From positions 1-64,000 of the forward strand of contig JALDZX010000060.1 in assembly GCA_022813865.1 (NCBI GenBank): a stretch of 64,000 nucleotides of DNA. The letters run 5' to 3'. Under the pieces are notes generated by a model that was not told where the DNA came from, made no database searches, and was given only the letters and a program-made list of their open reading frames with translations. Shown here in pieces: positions 1 to 11,449 of this stretch. This stretch comes from Xylographa opegraphella. Its lineage: Eukaryota. The position numbers and the translations under genes were made by a program. Position 1 is the stretch's first letter. Each line of letters begins with the position of its first letter.

Positions 1-85
1 TTCTCCATCTTAATCTGGGTTGAAATCGTCCACCTAAAGCTTACGTTCTAGGCGTGCTTGTGTGTTGAGTTGATGAGCCGTAACA
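1..85 (+). mobile_element. 3' end of LTR family B (window-truncated), inserted into a family C LTR
   Basis: Near-identical to 42038-42100 and ends GAGCCGTAACA. Followed by GTATT and LTR-C sequence. Confidence 0.8.
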
Positions 86-274
86 GTATTGAAGTTTATT
101 ATCCTAAGATCATAACATAAGTTGAACACGCCTTTTACAATAAAGGAAATCCTCCGCTCTATATAGAAGTCCTGTTCTATAATGCCTCCTATACCTCCTA
201 CGGAGGCAGAGAAGGCAGCCGAAATAAAATTCCTTCGACTCTTGTTCCACACAACATTGGTTAGAACCTTATCA
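86..274 (-). mobile_element. Part of LTR family C (related to the LTRs of the Gypsy at 19604-26031)
   Basis: Aligns with 15997-16205. Ends AGAACCTTATCA, i.e. TGATAAGG terminus on the minus strand. Confidence 0.8.
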
Positions 275-453
275 ATAACGAAATAAAATACGTATTTAAA
301 CTATTAAAATTATTAAAATTATATAATTAATCGTAATTAAAAATATATCGTGAATAACGTTTATAATAATAAAAAAATCGCTGTACACTCGGTAAAATAA
401 CGATAAAATTTTCAAATTACATAAAGTTAAATTTAAACGTATTTACCTTTGAT

Positions 454-828
454 TTATTGCAGCGTAACTGCTTTAAAAATAAAAGGTTGCAAATTCAGCT
501 TCGGGCGCTAATGAAGTAAAATAATCCGCTCCGATCAGTAGAATATTCCCTCTTTAGGTTTAGCTTCCTCCGGGCCTTGACTTTCCACAACTGCTGCATA
601 CTATTAGCTTCCTCTGGGCCTTGACTTTCCACAACGCTGCATATTGAGCAAGAGATCCAGCTAAGGCGGCCTCTCGCTTAGTATGCAGCAGTTGTGGAAA
701 GTCAAGGCCCGGAGGAAGCGAAACCTAAAGAGGGAATATTCTACTGATCGGAGCGGATTATTTTACTTCATTAGCGCCCAAAGCTGAAATTGCAACCCCT
801 CATTTTTAAAGCAGTTACGCTGCAATAA
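454..828. repeat. Long fold-back inverted repeat, MITE-like
   Basis: Arms 454-603 and 679-828 are near-perfect reverse complements. TA at both outer ends. Internal ~43-bp tandem duplication (560-600 / 604-644). Confidence 0.8.
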
Positions 829-831
829 GCT

Positions 832-877
832 AACCCGCAGGGGCTTAGCGCCCCACACGTCTGAGGTACTGAGGTAA
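832..877 (+). promoter_or_regulatory. 46-bp upstream element shared with 46592-46637
   Basis: AACCCGCAGGGGCTTAGCGCCCCACACGTCTGAGGTACTGAGGTAA, ~105 nt upstream of the SPC2 ATG. Partial second copy at 880-914. Function is inferred. Confidence 0.55.
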
Positions 878-982
878 AGGGATTTAGTGCGCCCCGTCTG
901 AGGGACTGAGGTAAAGTTTCGCACTTTCGACTACTTTGGCTCCTGCTCAAGGACGCTCAGTCCCCATATCACCTAAATTGTA

Positions 983-1672
983 ATGGCTTCTCCAATCGCA
1001 GTATACTCTCTGCCTGGTAAGTCTCCAAGCCCACGTTCTGCTCTGAAGAAGCTCAGCCGCCTATACCAGATCTTAAGAACACTACCGACGACGCACTTCC
1101 CAATTACCTTACTTCCCTGGACTTCGAACAAACACATTTTCTCACCGATATACGTTTAGTATTGGGCTACAGCGCAGTTATTATTGCCGCTGTTACGTTT
1201 GCCTTTGATTACCAGTGTGGCTGGGATGAGACCAAGGGATACACTTATTGGGCCGTCATCACGTATTTTCTGCTGAATGGCGCTTTAACATTTTGGATTT
1301 GGTTTGCGGAGAAAGGAAAGGTCTTTCAGGGATTGACACAGAACGGGACACTTGTATGCTGAACAGGACTCAGTGGTATCAAGCAGTGGTTGCTGACGAA
1401 GTCGGCAGCTCACAATCGCTTCTAGCGTGCCTAAGCACAATCCAACATACCAGATCGTGGTTCGGTGGACAGATCCCAAAACTTCGGAAGCTTTTGACTG
1501 GGAAACTCGCGAAATATCCGCACCATTCACTACCTGGTTTTCTCCCGACGGGCAATTTATTGCAAAGCCCTTTCAACAGTGGTTATCCTCGAAAATTCCA
1601 GTGATCGCAGCCGCAGATGGAGCTGGCTCAAATAAGAAGACTGAAAACAAACGCGCTCGGTCAGGGTTATAA
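983..1672 (+). CDS. SPC2: Signal peptidase complex subunit 2 (SPC25 family); exons 983-1016, 1070-1353, 1409-1672; 193 aa
   Basis: GT-AG introns join in frame: MASPIAVYSLPDLKNTTDDALPNYL...TDIRLVLGY...YFLLNGALTFWIWFAEKG...PFTTWFSPDGQFIAKPFQQWL. Two hydrophobic helices, typical of fungal Spc2. Confidence 0.92.
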
Positions 1673-1764
1673 GCATGATAATGCAGAGCAAGGAACATGC
1701 CACATACATAAATCCTCGGAAAGGAAAAAAGTAGTTGCTTCACGATCAAATAATGCTTCAGCTC

Positions 1765-1990
1765 CCCAGCGTGGCAGTAGACCTTTACGTGGTGCTTGGG
1801 ACTATTACCTATTTTAATAAGGAAGCTAAATACTCGCCGAAAGATGCGCGAAGCGCAGGTAAAAAGCATAATCACGACAATTAAATAGTAATAACGAAAT
1901 ATAGTAAAGCGCAAAGTTTATACCTTTATAATACGAATATAATAATCATCGATATATATATAAAATACGCGCTAGGCGCTATTTTTATAT
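1765..1990. repeat. Unclassified dispersed repeat, second copy at ~32185-32410
   Basis: CAGCGTGGCAGTA(G/T)ACCTTTACGT...GCCGAAAG...CGAAGCG...AAATACGCG is shared. The copies differ mainly by C>T/G>A changes. Confidence 0.7.
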
Positions 1991-2264
1991 ATAAAAAATA
2001 TTAAGATATAATCGATTTAAATACGAATTCTGTCGTAAAACGGGCGCCGCTGAAATTGTACGAAATAATCGATTAAAAATTATACAAAATAATTAATTTT
2101 AAAAGATTATATTTATTTAAAACGTAAAAAAGTATTTATTTTATTTTAATAATCGCCCAGCGTAATCGAAAGAAAACGAGATTTTTATTTTGTTGAATTT
2201 AAAAAATATAAAATTAAATTTAATAAAAATAAGAAAATATTCAAGGCGGAACCCTGAATATATC

Positions 2265-2495
2265 TGTAACGGCGTGTTACATGGCACCTTAACAAGTGAT
2301 AGATGGAACGGGACTAAAGCGCGTCCGGGANNNAGGCTAGTTCGAAAGCGGTTAGGAGTCTTGGCGTTAGCACTGTTTATTTTAACTTCTACGTGTATTA
2401 CTAAACTTGCTTCCTTGTATTATTCAAGGTTGAAATCGCTCACCTATAGCTGAGGTTCTAGGCCTGCTTTTCTGGTGAGATAGCGAGCCGTAACA
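2265..2495 (+). mobile_element. Solo LTR, family A
   Basis: TGTAAC...GTAACA termini, 5-bp TSD ATATC. Copies at 23258 and 55050. Confidence 0.9.
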
Positions 2496-3814
2496 ATATC
2501 CTTTGTTAGTTATATTTGGAAGGTTCGAAAGGAAATAAAAAAATAAAAGAAAACTGGCAGAACCTTCGTTTATTTTTTGAAAACTTTTATCCCCGGGTAA
2601 TTATACTCGTCTCGAAGGCCCCCGTCGGGGGCGCCTTTTGAAAACTCGAGTTTATAGGCTCCCATTTTAGTATAAATAAATATTTAACATTAATTTTTTA
2701 CGGTAAGGAAACTTTTTAATGTAAAGAAATTACGACTTCTTAATTAATTATAAAAATTATATAAATGATTTAAAAAAGCGATTGTTTTATCGTAAAATTA
2801 AAAGTCAAAGTTTTATAAATCAATACGAATCGATACATAAAATAAAGATTTAATAAAAAACAAATAATGATTTATAACGCAAGATATTGAATTTATAATT
2901 AAAATTATTGGCATAATTTATATTGAGAAAATCAATATAGTACGTAAGAAAGTCGAAATAAAAAATATATTAATAAAATAAAATTATTTTATTGATTTGA
3001 ATACGATTTATTTAAATATTTAAAAAATTCGTTTTAAATAAAAGATTTAATTTTTTCAAATATTTAACTATGAAACGATTTAAATTTTCAGAATTCAATT
3101 CGCTTTTATATTTTTATTGTTGAGACTTTCTATTAAAAATATTAAAAATATTAATATTATAATATAACAAATGTATATTGAAATACGAAAATAATGCGGT
3201 TTTTTATTTTTATAAAAGTTTCAATTCGATTTTTATTATATATTAAGAGTAATATTAACTTTAAATTATTTTTGATTATTAAATATTACGTATTCAAATT
3301 TATAGTAAAATATTTTGATTATAAATATAATTCTTAAGTAATTGTTATATATTTATTGAATTACGTAAAAGGTGAAACAAATTCTTGAAATATAATTATA
3401 TTACAATTAATTCGATTATTATACGCATAATAGTAACCGTTTAACGTTTTTATACGCTTTTTGCGATAAAGGGCGTAAAATACTTATAATACTTTAATTT
3501 CGACGCGTTAAATTAATTGTACTAATAATATAAAATATGCAACGAATTTTAAAAATAATCAATACGTCGTTAAAAAATATATAAACTTTTTAAAACTTTT
3601 TTCAAAAATATATTCGTTAAATATTATTTTATAAAACGCCAGAACAACGCCGAGTTCGCGAAATTTAAGGGGAAAAAATTTATTTAAAATAATTAAATAA
3701 ATTTTTTTATTAACAATCTCGAGTATTTAATAAAGTTGATTAAATTTTGATTTACCTATTTAAACAAATACAATCATAAAAAAATAAAATAAATAAACGT
3801 TCATTTAACGTTTT

Positions 3815-3997
3815 TGTTAGAAATAGAGTCCCGGCCTGCCTGCAGGATAGCGAGAGCTCGGGCCGCCGTAGGCCCGGTGACGCTAGTGCGCGAGCATATA
3901 GTCTCGTAGTTGTTCATAGCTAATACAACACACTTGTTTACCCATATATTCTGCTAGAATGACCACTGCGCTTCAGTACCCATCGTACCTTTCAACA
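3815..3997 (+). mobile_element. Solo LTR, family F
   Basis: TGTTAG...TCAACA termini, TSD GTTTT. Inverted copy at 59895-60091. Confidence 0.9.
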
Positions 3998-4742
3998 GTT
4001 TTCTTGATCAAAAAAGCAAAAAAAAATAGTAAAAGTAAAGGTAAAAATCACGGAAAATCAAAGAATTAAAATTAAAATAAAAGCTCGATTTAACCGTTAC
4101 AGACTTTTAAAAAATATAAAATAAAAAATAAATATTAAACGTTTTCCCAACGATAATATAACGATTTACGCGATGACTATAAATATAATGAAAAATTAAA
4201 AAATTCGCCGCGTTCGCATAAATTTTACGTCAAAAGTTTTTTATATTAATATATAAAATTCGAATTATAGTAAAAATTAAAAATAAAAAAACTTTCGCGA
4301 AAAATTGTATAAAAGAAACAAAAAACTTTATTCGAGTGTAATTTTTTTTTAAATAATTTAATTTCAAAAAGTATTTAAAAGCAATAAGATCTTTTTATTA
4401 ATTATCGCAAAAATAATCAGCGAAACGATAATCAATTATATATTAAATTACGAATTACTAGCATTATATTAAAAACATAAATATAAATATTTTAAAAAAA
4501 TTATAAAATTATAATTGCTATAAATACGAATATATAAAAAAAGGTTATAAAATCTCTTTATTTTGCTATAAATATAAAGGTAATTACGAGGTAAAAAATA
4601 TACGAAAAAATATAAAAATATAAATATCATATAATATATGCAAATAATATTCATAAACTGTAAATAAACGCGTATTTAATATAATAGAAATTAATATTAT
4701 TTTTTATAATAAATTAATAACATTTTTATGCAATATTATATA

Positions 4743-7700
4743 TATCACGGACCGTTAAGTACTATAACAGAATAAGGCCCTAAAAGCAGCCCGAATAATA
4801 AAAAAACCTAGATACTCGCAGTTAATAATAATAATTATAGTATAAACATAAAGTACTAAAACGAATATTACTACTATTATTATAATAGCAGACTTATTAT
4901 ATAATTATAGCAGAAGTCCCGAAGACTCTGATCATATTTAATTTATATATCGAAGGCAATAGCTAATTTTAAATAAACAACCCTTTTTTTAATATTTTTA
5001 ATCGCTGCTACTATTTTACCCCCTATGTAAAGGAATTTTACCATTATATTTTAAACATTATTTTAGCAGAATACGCAGAACGGTTAAGGTAAAATATTCA
5101 TTTTAAAATACGTTAAACCTAAACGATCGCAAGTTCGACAAGTCAAAAAAAAGATTATTACGTTTAAAAAGCCCGACGACTGGTATAAAGAACGTATTAA
5201 ATTAAAAACGTTTCTTCTACAGATCGATGCGTATATATAAAACAATTAAAAACAGTTTTGAATAGAAAATAAAGTAAAATTCGCAGTAAAATTCGCAGTA
5301 AAATTCGCAGTAAAATTCTGTAAGTGCAAAATTTTTGTTTATATTTAACTATATTTATCTGACTTCCTCAACAAATAAAAAGCAGATCAGAAAACTACTA
5401 CAAAAAATCTTTGATGATTGAAACGAATTTCAAAAAAACGCATTTAAAAACGTAACCCTAAAAATTACTTTAAAAAGAATTATTCGTATTGGTCCAAAGG
5501 GGTTTTGCATCAAAATACGCCTTTAAGCTTTAAAGTATTATTATCAATATTAATTGAAACGAATCCGCCTAAACTGCGTAGTTTTATAAACAATTTAAAA
5601 ATAACATTAAAATAATATATTTAAGGGAAACAAACCAGAAATATTCAAAAAAAATCAAAAAAATCAAAGCTATAACAATCGACAATCGATATTATAAACG
5701 ACGTATAAAAAGAAAAATGGGCATCGTACGCTTATTATTTTAAATAAAAAACGAAAGAATTATAAATTCGATAATTTTTTTTATTATTTTTAAAATTCCA
5801 AGCTCGGTAGTGATAAATTTTGAAAGGAAATAAAATTAAATGCAATAACGAAACGCCCGAAATAGTGTCGAAAGAAATAAAAAATATATTAATAAAAGTT
5901 TAATTAAAGAAAAAAATACTATAATTACAATAGAAAAAAATAATTCGCTAAAAATTATCGTTAATAAAAGAAAACTACCGCTAACACTATTAAAAAAAAT
6001 AGAAAAAGAATACTTTACTTTAATAAAAGCTCGCAGCAATACTAATAAATTATAATAAGCTTTCGTGAACGGTATACTACGACGACAATTATACTGATTT
6101 ATTTAAACAATAAAAATAGTTCTTAATAATTCTTAATACCGTTAATAAAAAAGATAAACTGCAAGCAACAAGTAAAAAACTAAAATTAATATAATTTAAG
6201 AAATAATCAAAGTTAGCCAAAACGAAATTTAACGCTACGTCGCTAAAGTTATAGAACGAAATTTGTTTAAATCGAATAATTCAATTATCGACTTTTTACA
6301 GAAATTTACTACGTATATAATAAAAAAATCTTTACAATAAAAATCATTCAAAATACTCAATGTAAATTAAACAATACGGCAAGCAGGAAAAATCAAAGCC
6401 ATTAACGAATATATTGTAAATAGGCATTATCAAAACTTCGACGATATGATAATAAAAAACTTAAAATTTACTGACAATAAATAAAAAGAAAATTTGATTA
6501 ATAATAACGAAAATTTTAAACTAAAATTAATAATCGCAAGAAACTTATCTTGTAAAAAAAATATACGACTCGATATTAAACGTGCTTAAATTTTTTTAAA
6601 AAGCAGAGTTTTTTTAAAAGAAAATCAATGATTTTCGCGAAAGATTAATATCATAGAAAAAAAGGGAAAATAATAATTTTTTAACATATAATTTATTAAA
6701 AATACTATAATATTTTAAAAAATAAATTAAAATCAATAAAAATGCGGTTTAACTAGCTTACGACCTAGCTCGATATATTCAAATTAATATTAAAAACGAA
6801 TATTAAATATAAAAATATTATTAAGGAAAATATATTTATAAAATTTTATTTAGAATAAACGAAAAGTACCTAACCCCGAACGAAAAAAATACTTTTAAAG
6901 AATTTAAAAAAGTAACTTAAATATTTAACAAAAAATACGAGCGTTAGAGGTTTAAGCGATACGAAAGCAAAAAAGTTCACGCAAAAATTTTTAAATTTTT
7001 AAAATTTTTGGACCCCGCGTTAAAAAATTAGTAAGCCCTTTGATAAGGTCAACGAAGGCGTTTTATAATAAGCCTTCGAATAAATATAAAAGCACTTAAA
7101 TAATAAAGATTTATTATTTAAAGAATACCCTCATAGCAATAAATTATATAAAAACTCTTTAAGTAATAATTCGTATAGACCAGTACTGCGTAAAAATTTT
7201 AATAAACTTTATATCGCCGAATATCGCGAATAAAACTAGCGTCGATTTTTAAAAAAAGACATTTTTACTCAGTAGTAACGATAGGCGAAATTCTTTTAAA
7301 GTACAATCAGGAACAAATTAATTAAAATATCAAATATAGGAAAATTCGAATTGAATTATATATTATAGCTATATAATTTAATATTACTATAACAGAAGTT
7401 TATAATATGATATTAAAATTATTTTAATTTAAAAGAATGAACTTATAACTCAACTAGGCTAGGCAAATAATGTACTTTTTAAAAAAAAAAAATTTTGAGC
7501 GAAAATTTGTTAGAAAACGGAAAAAAATACGCGTTTTTATTCCATTAATTTAAAAAAAAATTCGAAAATATCCAGGACAAGCATAGATTTTATGAATTAA
7601 GTTTATTCAAAAAATTAGTACGTTATTTAACGAAAAAGTATCAAAAAGGCTTTTCCCGCATATTATCCGGAAAATTATACTATATTTATAAAAAAGGGGA

Positions 7701-10700
7701 TAGAGTTAAACAAGTTTTTAATTTATTTTTAATTAATAAAGAAGTTAAACGCACTACAAGGAGCATCTTAACGAAAATTTAAAAAATTTTTATTGAAAAT
7801 TCGCAGTCGTTAGTTAAATACCCTACTTTATTCGTATTAAAAAACGGCAAGTTTCGACTTTATATCGATTATCGAGAATTAAATAACATAATTATAAAAA
7901 ATAGTTACCCGTTATTTTTAATTTCGAAATTATAGAATCGACTTTAAAAAGCCATATAATTCACGAAATTTAATATATCAAAAGTATATAATCGAATTCG
8001 AATAAAGAAAGGTAGAAAATAAAAAACCGCTACAAAAACGCGCTTCGAACTTTATAAATGTACAATTATATCTTTCGGGTTGATTAACGCTTTAACCACC
8101 TTTTAAGCTTATATTAACAATATATTTTAAAAATATTTAAATGTATTCCTAATAGTATATTTAAATAATATACTAGTATATTTCACTGACGAAATCAAAT
8201 ATATAAAATACGTTAAATAAATACTGTATATTTGAAAAAATGTAAACTTACGTATTAAATCAGAAAAATACGAATTTTATAAATTAAAAAATCGAGTTTT
8301 TAAGTAATATCGTTTGAAATAAAGATTTAAAAATAAATCTATTCAAAATAAAATTAATTTTGAAATAATTTACATTTTACTTAATAAAAAATGTACAATT
8401 TTTTCTAGACCGGCGAACTTTTATCGAAAATTCGTAAAAAACTACTCTCGAATAATTTAGTACTTAATAAATATAATTAGAAACAAAGTATTATTTCAAT
8501 AGAACGCTTTTATGCAAAAAGCATTCAACAAACTAAAATATAAATTTAATACAAAATTAATACTAATCATATTTAATTCAGGCAAAGAAATTCTTATAAA
8601 AATAAACTTTTTAAATTTTGTCATGGGAGTATATTTAAATTAAAAAAAACGACAAAAATGTCACCCAATAGCGTTTTACTTTAAAAAGTTTAATACATTA
8701 AAGCAAAATTATAAAATTTAACATAAAAAACTACTAGCGATTGTCGAAAAATTTAAAGAATAAAAAATATACTGCGAAAATTTATATATTCTATTTAAAT
8801 ATATATTAACTAAAAAATTTAATATACTTTGCTACGACCAAAGTTTCTAATGAAAAACAGATTGAATAATTCGAAAAACTATTAAACTACAACTTCGAAA
8901 TCCACTATCAAAAAGAATTTAAAAATGCAAAAGCAAACGCTTTTAACAGACGATTTAACTATATAAAAGAACGACTAAAAACTAAATAGTCAGTTTTGCA
9001 AAATACAGACAAGAATACGTTAAAATATAATTATTTATTTATAATTACGATAATGATCCAGAACCACGATTTAAAAATAAAAATTAAATCAGCTTACGTT
9101 AAAAATAAGCAAGTATAAAGAATTCTTGAAGAAAAATAACAAAAATGTACTACCTTCAACAACGATTTAATACTGTTTTAAGGATCAGTATATATACTTA
9201 GCTGTATAATAAAAGAAGTTATTTAAGAATATTATAATAAACTAATAAATAACCATTTATGTATTAATAAAACAATTAAACCGATAATTCGAATTTACTA
9301 CTCTTTATACATAAAAAAAGTTAAAAGGTATATTAATAGATATAATTTGTGCCACAAAACGAAATCAGCAAAGTATTAATCATATAAATGATTTAAATCA
9401 TTAAAAATACCCTTAAAATTATAATCTTTGATAGCATTAGATTTTGTAGTTAAGTTATTATTATCGAAAGAATTTATATAAAAATTTAATATAATTCTAT
9501 TCTAACGATTGTAAATAAATTTACCAAAGAAGTTCGTTTTATTTTATATATAAAAAACTCGAACACAAAGAATTTAATATATATCTTTTTAAAATATACA
9601 GTCTTTATATAGTTACTGCTGAATAAAATCATATTTAATAAAAATAAACTATTTACATCGAAGTTTTGGCAAATATTAACTAAAGAATCAAAAATAAATT
9701 ATAAACTATCAATTAAATATCACCCGCAGATAAATAAACAAATAAAAAATATAATAGTCGAATAATATTTCTATACATATATAAATTATCGATAAAATGA
9801 CTAAATTATATTACTATTAATAGTATAATTAATATACAACAATAATACTAACGAAATTACTAAATAAACGCTATTTTACGTCAATCGTAAATATTATATA
9901 AAATTGTTTCAAGACTCGAGGCCTATAGAAAAAATTAACAAGTTAATAAATATATTAATTAAAGAATTTCGACGACTATATATCGACTTGAAAAAAAACA
10001 TTAGATTCCTAAAGTTTAAATTAATATTCTACGTAAACCAATATAAATCTAGGGGCCCTATATTTAAAAGGGGAATTAAAGTTTATCTACTTTAAAAAAC
10101 ATCGAAATAACAAAATCAAGCAGAAATGAAATTATATTAGAATTAAATTTTTTAGAATCATTCGCAACATTAAGAATATAAATTTTGAGCTTAAATTATT
10201 GAAAAAAATATACTTAATATTTTATAAATTACAACTAAACGTAGTATCGCCAGAAATTTCAAAGTTGATATAAGTATCGAACAACTAACTATTTAATAAA
10301 ATAAAAGCAGAAATAAAAAGTAAAGAAATTTTTTAAATAACAGTTAAAATTTCGACGATAATATATATAAGTATTTTATTAAATAAAAGAAATATTTAAA
10401 TAACGAGAATACTTGGGAATTAGTAGTTAACCTTAACAATTATAAAATACTTATTGAACAGTACCATCAGAAAGTACGAACTTCAGGGGAAAAAGGCAAT
10501 AAAAGTAAAAACCCGAAATCGACGTTATTAAAATTAGATACGAGACTTCCTAGAAAAAATAGCCCCCGATGTCGATAAAAAAGTTTTTTTTTCTTTTTTG
10601 TTACCTTTTATTTTTTTTAAGGTTTAAACAACTATTTTCGCCTTACGCTTTATTAAATATTATTTTATATTATTATTCGACGACGTTTTAACAAGGCAGC

Positions 10701-11300
10701 CTTTATTTGTTTTTTCGCCGTTGTTAATTTAACGTTCAAACGACTTCGTTTTTTTTATCAACCTTTGCGAAATTGAAATTAAAAAATATTTTTATATCGT
10801 AAAAACGACCACGCTTAAGGCAGATAAAATACGATTTAAAATAATCGAAAATTACGCAATTTAATTACGCCTTTTAACAGGTTACGTATTTAAACGCCAC
10901 ATAAATACCTCAGTATTTTATTTTATAATAATTATTTTTAACGTAAAAGCGATAGAAAAAAAATACTTTTTTTAAAAATAAAAACCTCAAAGGGGGGAGT
11001 TAATATTACGAACCGCCAAGTATTATAATAAAGTAAAATTTTAAGGGTAACCCGGATAATAAAAAAGCCTAAATCGAGCAGTTAATAATAATAATTGTAA
11101 TATAAGCATAAGGTATTAAAACGACTATTATTATTATATAATTATAACAAAAGTCCCGGGGACTCTGGCTATATTTCATTCATATATCGAAGGCAATAAC
11201 TAATTTTAAATAAACAACCCCCTTTTACCTCCACCTTTTTTAAACATCTTTGATCGTTGCCATTATTCTGCCCTCTGTTTAAAGGAATTTCACCATTACA
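4743..11300 (+). mobile_element. RIP-inactivated Ty3/Gypsy chromovirus (element 1)
   Basis: LTRs 4743-5048 and 11004-11300. TSD ATATA/ATATG. PPT AAGGGGGGAG at ~10990. RT motif VYLNNILVY (RIPped YLDD) at ~8155. Integrase YHPQ at ~9718. Chromodomain relic IK*KKY..NENTWE at ~10380. Confidence 0.9.
10560..10960 (-). pseudogene. RIPped antisense ORF in Gypsy element 1: Zn2Cys6-like cluster plus coiled-coil-like tail
   Basis: 10888-10799 reads YVTC*KA*LNCVIFDYFKSYFICLKRGRFY. The Tyr codons at positions 1, 20 and 30 are one G>A change from Cys. ORF ends are approximate. Confidence 0.6.
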
Positions 11301-11449
11301 ATATGAACGTATAACGCAAGTCGATTTAGCAATATTGAATAATTAAAGTTTTATATTTAGCGAAATAATTGAAAGTATAAACTTTATAAATTAATAATAA
11401 TAAAAAACGTTAAATAAATTCAAAAAATTCGACTTTGAAATTACGGCGA

